Translations under genes and position numbers: made by a program
Part shown: one piece after another, positions 48,508 through 64,000 of the stretch
Numbering within the stretch: the first letter of the stretch is position 1
Layout: the number at the start of each line of letters is the position of its first letter
Source of the DNA: the human T2T-CHM13v2.0 reference genome, Homo sapiens
Direction: 5' to 3' (one strand)
Assembly: GCF_009914755.1 (NCBI RefSeq)
Contig: NC_060943.1
Length of the DNA: 64,000 nt
Notes under the pieces: model-generated
What the model was told of the DNA's origin: nothing
Database searches by the model: none
What the model saw: only the letters and a program-made list of their open reading frames with translations

Positions 48508-48609
<102 letters not shown>

Positions 48610-48612
48610 TGA

Positions 48613-48810
<198 letters not shown>

Positions 48811-50526
48811 TAGGATTTTTTTTTTTCCTCTGGAGCACTTACTACATCAGCAGATATGGCTCTCAGTGCAACAAAACTCACAGCTCTCTTACGTGGTGTA
48901 GAGTTGTCCCTGGAGGCAGCTGCCCCATGAGGGACCCTATCTTCATCCTTCTTGTACCCAGCTGTGGACTCCTGACTAATTCCCACCCTTGGAATGTGAG
49001 CAGCAGTGATAAGCGACATTCAGATTTTTTATTTAAAAGGCACGGATGAGCCCTTTCCATTCTCTCTTCCTCTTTCCCCTCACTGGTGACAGAGCACTCC
49101 AGGGTTCTAGGGGAGGTTGGATCCCAAAGGTGGAAGAATCTGGGCACCTGAGTCACCTGATGGAGGAGCTCCAACTGCCAACCGGGGGCCCCTATATGGA
49201 CGTGTAACACAAGTGAGTAGTGACCATTCCATTGTGACAAACTGCAGATATTTCGAGGCTAATTTGTTAAAATCTACCGTTAATGTGCTTTATATGACTT
49301 TTTTTTTTTTTTTTAAGATGGAGTTTTGCTTTTGTCGCCCAGGCTGGAGTGCAATGGTGCAATCTCGGCTCACCACAACCTCTGCCTCCCGGTTCAAGCG
49401 ATTCTCCTGCCTCAGCCTTTTGAGTAGCTGGGATTGTAGGCATGCACCACCAGGCCTGGCTACTTTTTTTGTATTTTTAGTAGAGATGGGGTTTCACCAT
49501 GTTGGTGAGGCTGGTCTTGAACTCCTGACCTCAAGTGATCCTCCTGCCTCAGCCTCCCAAAGTGCTGGGATTACAGGTGTGAGCCACTGTGCCCGGCCTA
49601 TATGACATTTGAATAGTCAGAGGTGTGCCCTCCACATTAGACTGTGAGGTCCGTTGACTTGCGTGGCTCGTCTCTGACACAGACTCAAGCCCTTAATAGC
49701 CGCCTGGAAATGTACGTTTTGGTTCACACAAAAAGGAAGTTGACCAAGCCCCCTTGATGAAGCCTCACTGGGGAGGTGGCCCATCGAAGGTCGTATATTG
49801 TGAATGGGGCGAAGGCAGCGTCGCCGTCTCCTTCAAGTCTGACCTCCAGGTTGGTGTTCAGATTCCCCCTCCACACCCCACAGCCGTGGTTGCCCATCTG
49901 GATTTGGTGTTTCGGTCAGAGATGACGTTCGGGCCAGTCGTATGGATGATGATGTCCAAGGAGACAGTTCTCTCCTTTACCCCAGTCACAGGAAGGAAGA
50001 ACTAAGCCTCATGGTGCCTTCCTGGGAGATACGTGGTAAGAAGCCACAAGACGGTCGGGACTGAGTCTCTGCGCACCGCATCCCGAGCCTCTGCCATCTG
50101 CACAGCGAGGCGGGCGCAGGCAGCACGGTGCCCCTTACCATGCTTTCTTCCTGGACTTTCCCTTGACCAGTCTTGGCATGGCAGGCGAGGGAATGAGGGA
50201 TTGGGGCTGGGAGGCGGGGAAGACAGCTCTCTCCCTGGGCCCATGTCTGGTTAGATCAATGCTGTGGGAGCTTAGCGACTGAAGAGGGAGCAGAGATGAT
50301 GGCAGGAAGGCATTATCTGCCCAAGCCTCAGGCTTCGCAGTCCAGGTTGGGACCAAGAGCTTGCAGACGTCATCGAGTGCAGATTTTGAGCGAAGTACTG
50401 AGCATTGTAAATCCAGATTTCTCTTCCAGAGCTGAGTCTGGGCCACAGGACCTGGACACAGGAGGGTCAGTCTCTCCGGTAATGGTGAGGGTCTGTCTTC
50501 TTGGAGCAGCACAGCGGACTCCCACC

Positions 50527-50742
50527 AGGACAGTGGATGCTGGATACCGAAGGGCTGGGCTCAGGACAGTGGATGCTGGGTACGGAAGGGCTGGGATGAG
50601 GACAGTGGATGCTGGGTACCAAAGGGCTGGGCTCAGGACAGTGGATGCTGGGTACTGAAGGGCTGGGCTCAGGACAGTGGATGCTGGGTATGGAAGGGCT
50701 GGGCTCAGGACAGTGGATGCTGGGTACCGAAGGGCTGGGCTG
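50527..50742. repeat. 36-bp minisatellite, 6 copies
   Basis: Unit AGGACAGTGGATGCTGGGTACCGAAGGGCTGGGCTC at 50527, 50563, 50599, 50635, 50671, 50707. Confidence 0.95.
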
Positions 50743-52526
50743 AGGGGGTCACTTTGGCAGTGGTTCTGGAGTCTGAATTTCTAAGGGCCTGGAACTCATG
50801 AGACTCTAGATGCTGATTCTTTTCTGGAGAACTTCTCCAGAGTCACCATCCTGGCTTGTGCAGACTCAACATTCCACCTGAAGAGCTCTGGGAACCTCTG
50901 GGGCTGAGAGCCTTCTGGGCCTGATGAGTTCTGTTGGGATGGAGAAGATGATCTTGAAGTTAAAGATTTCAGTGGGAGTCCAGGAAAACGTCGCAGCTGT
51001 CCATCATACCCACAACAGCAAACGACTCAGGACTTTGTCACGGCCACCGCGGCAGCCAAAACCACAGCTGTGATCTGGGGCCGGACTCATACCCAGAGGT
51101 TGTCTGGGTTCAGGTTCTGCAACCCCGGTTCAGAGAAAGAGGAAACGGAGTGGGCCGTGTGGACCCCGTCCTTCATCGAACTCCAGAACTAAGAGAACTG
51201 GGAGGGGAGAAGGCCGTCACCCTTGCATGGAGCTGCCTCCCTCAGTTCTAGTGGTTTCTACAACTCCATGCAGGTTAGCTAAGGTGTGCATGGGTTCCAG
51301 AAGGAACATGGAGATGTTTCTCTTTGATGTTACTTGAAACTTTCGTTTGGCAAGTTCCTTCTAAGATCAGGAGATTCAATCACCCCACATGGTCCATCAG
51401 TCAGGGTATCACAACGTCGTGCTCCTTGGCTATACAGTCTCAGGTACATTTCTTCTTGAGATTATTTTTCACGTGAGGCAGAGATGTGTGGCTGCTCACC
51501 AGAAAAAAAGAATTCTCTACTTCCTCTTACAGTGCAAGCATTTGAATCTCTGGGAGGTGGCTACCCTCACCAAGGGACTTTTTTCCTAGTCTCCTTTGCA
51601 TCCATGTGTGACTGACCATAATGACTACTTATAGCCAAAAATCTGGACAGAAATGATGTGCGTCAATCAATTTTGCAAGTTTACAAATATTTTCTGTGTC
51701 TCCTCTTTCTGTTTGAAGTATGGGACGCCATTGCCCAAGGGGATGATGTGAGCACAATGGAAGAAGCGGATGTCCCTGAGTCATCCTGGGGAGAAAATTC
51801 AAATTCTGCCCAGAGAAACCCTCATTGGTCATTTACATGAGTGAGATGCCAAACCTCACTGTGTTAAGCCATCGGTAATTTTTCTTTTTTGAGATGGAGT
51901 CTCGCACTGTCGCCCAGGCTGGAGTGCAGTGGCGAGATCTCGGCTCACTGCAAGCTCTGCCTCCGAGGTTCAAGCGATTCTCCTGCCTCAGCCTCCTGAG
52001 TAGCTGGGACTACAGGCACCCACTATCACGCCTGGCTAATTTTTTGCATTTTTAGTAGAGATGGGGTTTCACTGTGTTAGCCAGGATGGTCTCGATCTCC
52101 TGACTTCGTGATCCGCCTGCCTCGGCCTCCCAAAGTGCTGGGATTACAGGCGTGAACCACCGCGCCCGGCCAGTATTTTAAGACTTACTTATAACGGTGG
52201 TTAGTGTCACCCTAACTCTTACCTCACAATAGTAGCTAAACAATTTGTGATTTGCTCTTTGATCCTGTCCCTATCATCATTAGACTCAAGCTCTGTTGAG
52301 GGCAGGGGCTGCATCTGTTTTGTTCACTCCTGAATCTCAAACACCAAGCAGATAATAAGCAATTGATAAATATTGGTTGATCGGCTTCTGAAGAAAGAAA
52401 ATTCACACATTTATATTTAGAAAAATTTATAAGGGAAGTAGCCGAGTGGGGTGGCTCACGCCTGTCATCCCAGCATTTTGGGAGGTTGAGGTGGGTGGAT
52501 CACCTGAGGTCAGGAATTCAAGACTA

Positions 52527-52793
<267 letters not shown>

Positions 52794-54304
52794 TCACAGG
52801 AGAAGCTCATTCTGGCTGACTTCCCAGCTGGTGTTCTGCACCTCTATCAGTATCTTAGGAACCAAGTTACCACGACACACCTATTAGAGTGGCCAAATTC
52901 TAAAACATGGACAATACCACATACTGGCATACTGGTGAGGATGTGGAGCAACAGGAACTCTCATTGCTGGTGGGATTGCCAAATGGTACAGTCACTTTGG
53001 GAGACAGTGCGGCAATTTCTTCTAAAACTAAATGTAGCTTTGCCATGTAATCCAGCAATTGCATTCCTTGGTATTTACCCAAGGAAGTTTGAAATGTATG
53101 TTCACATAAAGTCTGCATATGAATCTTTACAGTAGCTTTATTCATAATCGCCCAAACTTGGAAGCAACCAAGATGCCCTTCAGTAAGTGAGTGGATTAAC
53201 TATGTGTCGAGACAATGGAATATTACCCCATGCTAAGAAGATACAAGCTCTCAAGTCATGAAAAGACGTGGAGGAGAGTTCAACGTATATCACTACACGA
53301 AATAAGCCTGCCCAAATGGCGTATCCACTGTCTGATTCCAACTATGTGACATTCTGGAAGATGCAAAACTATAGAAAGAGTGTAAAGTTCATTGGTTGCC
53401 AGAATAAAAGGCTTGGGCAAGAGGAAATCATCCCAGTGGAAATGGAGAAACGCAGGAACAAATGAAGAGCAACAGAAGAAGCTAAATATTTGGGTAAAGA
53501 TAGGAATTTTGAATGATGATTTCATCATTAATGAATTAAGGAAACATTGATGCATGCTCATTCTGTATTTGATGACATTGCAAACAGTGTTTTGAAAACT
53601 ATACTTTGCACTAAAATTAAAATTGAGCGCCTGTAATCCCAGCACTTTGGGAGGCCAAGGCAGGTGAATCACCTGAGGTCAGGAGTTCGAGACCAGCCTG
53701 GTCAACATGGCGAAACCCCGTCTCTGCTAGAAATACAAAAATTGGCTGGGTGTGGTGGTGGGTGCCTGTTATCCCAGCTATTCAGGAGGCTGAAGCAGGA
53801 GAATCACTTGAACTGTGGAGGCAGAGGTTGCAGTGAGCCGAGATGGTGCCACTGCCCTCTAGCCTGGGTGACAGAGTGAGAGTCTGTCTCAACAACAGCA
53901 ACAACAACAACAAAATGACAGCATGGCTCAAGTGTGTTGGCTCACGCCTGTAATCCTAGCACTTTGGGAGGACAAGGTGGGTGAGCTTGAGCTCAGGAGT
54001 TTGAGACCAGCCTGGGCAACAAGACAAAACCCCATCTCTATCAAACAAAACAAAACAAAACAAAACAAAACAACAACTTGCGGAGTGTGGTGGTGTGTGC
54101 TTGTGGTCCCAGCTACTCAGGAGGCTGAGGTGGGAGGATCTCTGGACCCCAGGAAGTGGAGGCTGCAGTGAGCTGAGATTGTGCTAATGCACTCCAGCCT
54201 GGGTGACGGAGCGAGACCCTGTCTCAAATAAATGAATGAATGAATAAATAAATAAATCTTAAAGATGACAGCCTACATATATATACACACACATGCCAAA
54301 CTGA

Positions 54305-54547
<243 letters not shown>

Positions 54548-55581
54548 TAGCCAGGGTGGTCTTGATCTCCTGACCTTGTGATCCGCCCACTTCGGCCTCC
54601 CAAAGTGCTGGGATTACAGGCGTGAGCCACCGTGCCTGGCCGTGCAAGGGAAATTTGAATATAAGACTTCAGATGCTGGTTACGGTACCTGAGGTAGGAG
54701 GGGGAAACAGGCTGGAGTATACACTACAGAGATAGTCATGCTTCATCAAGCCTCTGATTTCCCTGGAGCATGTTGACTTCACGTTGATTTTTTTTTTTAC
54801 ATGTTCTGTTAAAAAAATTTCTTTAAATTGGCCTTTGGAAATTTACCAGCAGTGTGCTGGTAAAGTCTTGACAATCAGCTCTCTGAAAAAAAAAGCAAAA
54901 AGAAAAACAAAAAACAACCCCGACGTGTAGCATTTGCCGATTTCTCTGGTGTAAATACTCACAGCATGGCTTTGACATGAGTTTTACATTTGGTAAAAGC
55001 AAATTGTGCCTACTTTGAATAGAAGGATTGGGACAGAGATATGGTTCTTGTCAGGCACTAATTAGGGAGTAAGGCTTGTCTAATATTGCCTTGGCTCTCA
55101 AGCAAAATAAAAAAGTAACATTTGGGAATCTGTGTTGCTTCCTCAGCCCATCCTGGGTAAAATCGGAGACGTATACAGGGCAGGGAGAAGCTGTTTATTT
55201 CCATGCCTGCGGTTGGAGCTTCTTAAGGATTTGAGCTGTGATGCTGGCACCTGGCAGACCACATCCTGTGCGGTTTTCAGTTTTGCTCTGTTCCTGACCC
55301 TGGTATAGCAGAAGCTTTTTCACATCTATGACACCCGCTATGTCTTGGTAAACCCTGGAAGGGAAAGGAGGACAAGGTTAAAATACTGTTCCGAGGACCT
55401 GGTCTCTCCACAGCGCAGGCTGGAGGTGGCAGCCCGTGGAAAGCCAAGTTCATCCACCATCGGAGCCCAGGCCAGGCTGCCAAGGCTAATATTCAGGACA
55501 AAGCCAGGCACAGGTCGGGAATCCTATGAAGATGATCATCGTCCTGAGGTCTTCCTTCCAGGGTTGCATCCGGGCCAGAAG

Positions 55582-55597
55582 ATGGAAAGAGAAATGG
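55582..55597 (+). CDS. LAIR2: Probable alternative upstream first coding exon of LAIR2 (MEREM-)
   Basis: Strong Kozak AAG ATG G; donor ATGG|GTGAGT in phase 1, compatible with the 36-nt exon at 61046. Confidence 0.55.
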
Positions 55598-57266
55598 GTG
55601 AGTCCCTGCTACCACCCCACCCTCAGGTTGCTTTTTTGGCTGAACAAGAAGGGTCCTCCCAGGCAGGAAGGGTGGGGCACAGAAACGTGAGCCAATGTGG
55701 ATGACTTGGGGAGGGCTTTGCAGTTGAATCTCCTGAAAACAGCAAGAAGTACAGACCTCCGGGCATTCTAGACTCAGATTCTGTAGACGCTTCCCTTTGG
55801 CCGAGCCAAGCCAGGGTTGCTCAGGAACTGGGGTCCTTGAGATTGGATTAGATTGGACGGAACGACACAGGATTGCAACGTGCAGAACTGTGAGGACCGG
55901 GGTTTTGCTTGAGTTCCCCAGTCTGTCCACGAGGTCCAAGCTTGAGATCATTACGGCGACCACATCTCAGGAGGAAGATAGGTCAGCAATGCAGTGATGG
56001 TGCTGGAATAGTTTTGAAATATTTGAACTATTCTAATGCAAACTCTTCTTTTAATGACATTTCACGTTGCATCTTATGTCATTTTATTTATGTAGATGTT
56101 GTCTTTCCACTTGACATTTAATTGGTGTTTAATTTAAGTTGCAAATATTGTGTATGTATCTGAGTCTAGTGTGAGAATCATTACTCTATGCCTGTGCATC
56201 CCACACCAAGTAACTTTTTTTTCTTTTTTTTTTTTTAAGATGGAGTCTCGCTCTGTTGTCCAGGCTGGAGTGCAGTGGCATGATCTCGGCTCACTGCAAG
56301 CTCCGTCTCCTGGGTTCAAGCCATTCTCCTGCCTCAGCCTCCTGAGTAGCTGAGATTATAGGTGCCCGCCACCAAGCCCGGGTAATTTTTGTATTTTTAG
56401 TAGATAGGGGGTTTCACCATGTTGGCCAGGCTGGTCTTGAACTCCTGACCTCGTGATCCGCCCACCTTGGCCTCCCGAAGTGCTGGGATTACAGGTGTGA
56501 GCCACTGAGCCCCGTCCAAGTAACGTTTTTGAATGAGTAAGCTGTGCTGTGCTGAATCTGTAGCATGCCTTGGACATAGACCTTCTCCAGCTGGGATTGA
56601 AGTCTTAGAGGAATGCAAAGGTGGAGGGGCCCTTTGAGAATATGGAACGACGACAGCTCTGTATCACCCCTTTTATGGAAAAACCCAGAATAACTGCCCA
56701 TGTGTTCTGTGACCTTTGATGTTGATTCTGTCAGCAGGAGGAATCATCTGAGTAGTGAGGAAAATCTTGGATATGTTGGTGGTTTCACAGCTGTCAGAAT
56801 TCACTGAATGGCACAGATTCAAAGAAGGCAGTTTGTCTGCCAAGGATTCCTTGATAAAGCTGATTAAAAATCGCTAATGAAGACCTAAAGTGAAAAGAGG
56901 CAGGGAGGAGAATCTAATACATAGAAACCATTCTACACATGAAAGAAGAGTCAGAAGCAGGAAGGTCATTCTCAGGAGCCGCTGTGTTTTGGCCTCGTGT
57001 TCAATGCTAAGTTTCAAAACAAATGTAGTATTCCTTGCAACCACGAGAAGTTGGTGAGTGATTTGAAATCATTCTTATGATGAGGCGGAAGCTTTTGGAA
57101 TCTGTTCTGTACCCCTGCACTTTATCCTTGTCCTCATGATTTACAAAACCATGAAAATAAAGCTCAGTTAATTCATCATCATCAAGGTGAGCACCAGGTT
57201 CAGTATTCAGCTTGAGGCTGGGGACTCCATCTTTCTTTAACTTTTGACTGAATAGCCTTCACTTAG

Positions 57267-57539
<273 letters not shown>

Positions 57540-58543
57540 TGATCCGCCCACCTCAGCCTCCCAAAGTGCTGGGATTACAGGCGTGAACCACCTCGCCTGG
57601 CCTAAAAAAGTCTTTAATATATTATATTAAGCAGTTTTAATTGGTTTATTGTTATTTTTTGGATGGATTGCTGTCTTATGGACTTAGTCTAACATATTCA
57701 CAGAAAGTTGGATTAGATTGGAAGAACATACCTGGGACTGCATTGCGCAGAACTCTTTGAGGGCCAGGGTTTAGCTTGAGTTCCCCTGTCCGTCCATGAG
57801 ATCCCAGCTTGAGATCATTACAGCCACCATGTCTCGGGAGGAGGACTAGTCTGCAATGCAGTGATTATGATGGAATGTTTCAATGTTTTTGAAATGTTTG
57901 GACTATTCTGATGCAAAAAACTTTCTTTTTATTTTTGAGACAGAGTCTCACTGTGTCGCCTAGGGTGGTTTTTTTTTTCTTTTTTGAAACCCTCTGTTAT
58001 TAAGAGATAAATATGATTCCCAGGAACATTGCTCTGTTCTGCTTTATTATTATTGGTCATATCTGGTCATACGCCCTGAAAACCCTGAAAATGGGATTGC
58101 TAAAATCGCCTTAATCTAAACTCCATTTCCCTCCCACTTGCTCCCTGGGCTTGGAGCACAACCACTCAAACAGAACTGGCTTTTGGTCAGTAAGGAAGAA
58201 GTGAGCAACGGCTGCGGTGTAGACCCTCGTCAATGCCTGCGACGGTTACACCTGGAGACAAGCTCCCCAGTGTCCTCAGGAGCAGCGGAGATGAGAATCC
58301 ATGATAGGGTGGGCTCTGTCCCCCTCAGCTCCGTGATGCCGAAATGCACTGCTGGTCCTGGTCCTGCTCCTCATTCCACACCCGGCTGAGTGCCCATCTG
58401 ACCCCAGACCTCAACGCGAGGTTCTAAGCACTGTCTCCTGACCCTTCAACCCCTTCGGGATTTTGCATGTGCTGTTGGACCACCTCACTCCCACCTGGAG
58501 CCAAATGACACCGTAGGAGGAGGGGAAGAGAACTTATGCTAGT

Positions 58544-58546
<3 letters not shown>

Positions 58547-58587
<41 letters not shown>

Positions 58588-58596
58588 TGTGTGTGT
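58547..58596. repeat. (GT)n microsatellite
   Basis: Direct reading. Confidence 0.95.
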
Positions 58597-58630
58597 ATTA
58601 TACATAATATATATAATTACAACATTGTTA

Positions 58631-58984
<354 letters not shown>

Positions 58985-60264
58985 TTATATATATTAACAA
59001 TTATATATAAACTTGCATATATATAGTATTTGCTGTATTATTATATATAAACAATTATATATGTAATGACTGTATAAAATAGATAAACAATTTTAACTAA
59101 TAATATTATATTAATTATATTATTATTAGATGTAATAATTATAATTATTTATATATAATATTTATTATTATGTATCATTGTTAGAACACTTAACGTGAGC
59201 TCTGTCCTCTTAACAAATTTCAAGTGAACAAGACGTTATTGCTGATGATGGGTCGTATGTGGTGCAGCAGATCTCTAGGCCTGTTTGTTAATAACTCCCC
59301 ATTTCCCCCTCCTCCCAGCCCCCGTAACCACCATTCCCTGCTGTGATGTTGTGACTCTGGTGACTTTGCAGATCTCCTGTAAGTGACATCATGCAGTACT
59401 TGGTCTCTGCATCTGCGTCGCTTGGCGTGATGTCCTCAGGTTTCGTCTGTGTTGTCGCCCATGGCAGAATTTTCTTCCTTGTTTAAGGCTGAATAGTATT
59501 CCCCTGTGTGTGCACCACATTTTCTATATCAATTCTTCTATCAATGGACATTTAGATGATTTTCACGTCTTAGCTATTGCGAATAGTGCTGCAGTGATCA
59601 GGGGAGTTCAGACGGCTCTTTGCATACTGAATTTGTTTCTTTTAAATATAGACCCAGAAGTGGCATTGTTGGACCATACGGTAGCTCTATGTTTAGTTTT
59701 TTGAGGAACCTCCCCACTGTTCTCTATAGTGAGTGCACAATTTTTCAGCCTCCCAAAGTGCTGGGATCACAGGCGTGAGCCACCGCGCCCGGCGCACTGT
59801 AGGATCTTTTTTAATGCATTATATACCTTGCTGAGATTTTAGCAGAGATCACAATATTAAAAACTTGGGGAAGGATTTCTATGACTCTTATTTTAAATAC
59901 GAGGACATGTCGACTTCTAGTTTTGTAACATCTTGCCCAAGAGCGGTGGTCGTTAACGTGTGGAGTTGGGATGACATCCAAGTCAGTTGGTTGCACGACC
60001 TTTATTCTGTCTTGTCCCATAGATTTAGAAAGAGGCTGACACATCGGGTAACTAGTTTAAGGTCATCTGATCATGCGGGTAAGCGACATTTTTCAGAAAC
60101 CAAGGCCCTCCCTCTCATCTCACTAGTGGGAAGGGTGGAAAGAACAGAACAGAAAGCTCTCCCTCTTGTGTGAGGCAGTTGCTGTGGAAACCCCACGGGC
60201 AGGAGGCCCCCGGCCAGCACATCCTGTCTGCTTGTGTCTGCTGCAGAGTTCTGGGACCGGGGCC

Positions 60265-60298
60265 ATGTCTCCACACCTCACTGCTCTCCTGGGCCTAG
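60265..60298 (+). CDS. LAIR2: LAIR2 exon 1, signal peptide MSPHLTALLGL
   Basis: GCC ATG TCT CCA CAC CTC ...CTAG|gtgagt; the 34-nt leader exon typical of LRC Ig-like genes. Leu at residue 5 fits LAIR2 (LAIR1 has MSPHPT). Confidence 0.92.
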
Positions 60299-60457
60299 GT
60301 GAGTCCTGGAGGGAGCGGGAAGGACTGGAAAGGGGGTCGGGAGGTCTGGAAAGTTCCCTGCTCAAGCCTGACTCTAGTCCAGAAGATTCTGGGGAGGAAA
60401 GTGTCCTCCTCCCCCCAAGACTGCCCTACTGCTCTCCCTGGGGCCTAAGTCTGATCA

Positions 60458-61160
<703 letters not shown>

Positions 61161-61935
61161 TTAGAGGGCCTGGAGAGATCCCTTTAAATATACCCTAGAT
61201 TGCAAACTATTCCAAATGTAAAATGCATAACCCTCACCCCTTTCTCTCCTTCATTCTCCACCTGTCATGTTTTGCTTTTCTTATTTTCAAAAATCCTATA
61301 TTTTATTTTATTTTTATTTTTGAGATGGAGTCTCACTCCATCACCCAGGCTAGAATGCAGTGGCATAATCTCGGCTCACTGCAACCTCTGCTCCCAGTTT
61401 CAAGCGATTCTCCTGCCTCGGCCTCCTGAGTAGCTGGGATTACAGGCACCCACCACCACCCCTGGCTAATTTTTTTTTTTTTTGTATTTTTAGAAGAGAT
61501 GGGGTTTCACCATATTGGCCAGGCTGGTCTCGAACTCCTTACCTTATGATCCGCCCGCCTCAGCCTCCCACAGTGCTGGGATTACAGGCATGAGCCACTG
61601 TGCCCAGCCAAAAATCTTATTTTTAATCGACAAATAATTGTATATGTTTGTGGGGCACGATGTGATGTTACAACGTATGTAAACATTGTGGAAAGATTAA
61701 ATAAGGCTAAATAACATATCAATCACATCACATACTTATTGTGATGAGAACATTTAAAACCTACTTTTAGCAATTTTGAAATATATAATAAGTTATTATT
61801 AACTATAGTCAGCCTGCTATGCAATAGATCTCAAAAACTTACTCCTCCTGTTTAACCGAAACTTTGTACCATTTGATCAGTGTCTCTCCCAAGCCCCCCA
61901 TTTCCCGACTTTAATAGCATCATTCTAATCTCTAA

Positions 61936-62259
<324 letters not shown>

Positions 62260-63303
62260 TGAACTTTTTTAGATTCCACATGCGGTATTTGTCTTTCTGT
62301 ACCCAGCTTATTTCACTTAGCATAATGTCCTCTGGTTCATCCATGCTGTTGTGAATGACAGAATGTCCTTCCTTTTTTAGGGCTGAATAATATTCCATTG
62401 CATATATACACCACATTCTCCTCATCCATTCATTTGGTGGTGGTTATATAACTCAGGTTATTTCCAGGTCTTGGCAGCTGTGAGTAGCGCTGCGGTCACC
62501 CTGGGAGTGCAGGCATCACCTCCACACACCGATTTCCACAATGAGAATTCAAACCCAACACAACCAAGGCTGAACCCGGCACTTTTCCCCAGACGAGCCC
62601 ACACTTCACTCGGCAGCTTCTTGGCGGGGAACGTGACAGTCACAAAGGGCAGACTCTGAACACTCATCCTCTTCTCCATCCTCCTGGATGCACCATGTCA
62701 CCCAGTCCTGGTGATTTCACTCTAAATTTTTCTCATCTTTCCCTCTCTCTTCATCGACTTTTCCTGCATCACCCCCAGGTGACAGCCCTTCTCCCCTCCA
62801 TGGCTCCCCAAGGCCGGCCTCAGCCTGTCCATGCCACTGCTGCCTGCTCCCTTCCTGACCCCAGGGACTGGCGATTTGCAAAAGCACAACCATGACCATT
62901 GTACTTTCCACAGTTTTTAAATTGCATTCAAAAATTTTCATTTAATATCTCATCGTAAGATGAAGTTTTTTTCTTAGAGCCCTTCCCCTGTTTATCTTCA
63001 GATAGAATCAACCCAGGCACCTCTCTTTGTTCTGGACATGCCCATTTTCCCAGCCACATCCTGTCCCTGTGACCTGGGGCTCACTCATCTCTACATTCCT
63101 CCAGGTTCTTTCGCTTTCTCAAACACTCCATATGCCGCTCAACATGGTGGTTCTTCTCACATGCTGATTTTTTTTTTTTTTTTTGAGATGGTGTTTCATT
63201 CTTGTTGCCCAGGCTGGAGTGCAATGGCTCGGTCTTGGCTTACTGCAACCTCTGCCTCCCTGGTTGAAGCAATTCTCCCTGCCTCAACCTCCCAGGTAGC
63301 TAG

Positions 63304-63477
<174 letters not shown>

Positions 63478-64000
63478 TAAAAGTTAATTAATTCAGTTTA
63501 AAATTGACCGATGAAAATTGCATGTATTTGTCATGTCCAATATGACGTTGTGGACTCTGCACACAGCGAGGAATGGCTACATCGAGCTAGGCAATGTAGG
63601 CATTCCTCCTGTGCGAATCATTTTTTTGTGGTGAGAACGCTTAGAATCACCTGGATTAGCAATGTCCAATAATGTAATACATTGTTATTAACTGTAGTCA
63701 CCGTGTTGTACATGATGATTCTTGAATTGATTTCTCCTCTCTAACTAAAACCTTGTTTCCTTTGAGGAATTTTCCCACTTTGAGTGCCCTGGTGTCCCCT
63801 GTCTGCTCAGCTCAGGGAGTTTCTACTCCTCCCTCAGCTCTCAGCTCAGAGAGAGCTTCCCCTGACTTTGCAGAGGAGGTCAGCTCCACCGCCCACCTGT
63901 CCCCTAGATCCCTGCACACTTACCCACAGGAAACTTATTGCAGTTCGCAGCTGCAGATTTGGACAATTCTTCGATCAATATCTGTCCTCCCTTCTAGACG

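Noticed and set aside
55850-57250. Possible vomeronasal receptor (VN1R) pseudogene remnant (LGNSS-like peptide)
   Set aside because: Only a few residues resemble the family; no colinear 7TM motifs could be recovered by eye.
57855-57915. C/D-box snoRNA-like pattern (TGCA-GTGATTA...CTGA-TGCA)
   Set aside because: Short (~60 nt), imperfect C box, and the paralogous copy has CTAA instead of CTGA; unsupported without an Rfam/Infernal hit.

Overview
Human genomic DNA, recognisable as the centromeric edge of the leukocyte receptor complex on chr19q13.42. It contains the complete LENG8 gene (+ strand; one non-coding exon plus 15 coding exons that I spliced by hand to 2403 nt / 800 aa, SAC3/GANP-PCI family), the intronless LENG9 gene (- strand, 501 aa; CCCH finger + MJ1316/DUF504 + 2H phosphoesterase) tail-to-tail with LENG8, CDC42EP5 (- strand, 148 aa CRIB protein with two non-coding 5' exons), and the 5' end of LAIR2 (+ strand; signal-peptide exons plus a probable upstream alternative first exon). 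The rest is very Alu-rich DNA with L1, MLT2 and Tigger remnants, four minisatellites (56 bp, ~33 bp, MSR1 ~37 bp, 36 bp), a ~740 bp almost pure pyrimidine tract and a nested local duplication at ~33.9-46.2 kb. The most interesting signals are: (1) a cluster of consensus splice signals in the last LENG8 intron that looks like a decoy/intron-detention module; (2) LENG9 as an uncharacterised RNA-end/2H enzyme overlapping the LENG8 3' end and sitting downstream of a transcription-factor-motif minisatellite; (3) a recursive-type splice site in CDC42EP5 whose use would change the Kozak context of the start codon. Repeat boundaries are approximate. Gene identities come from recognising the protein sequences; no database search was run.
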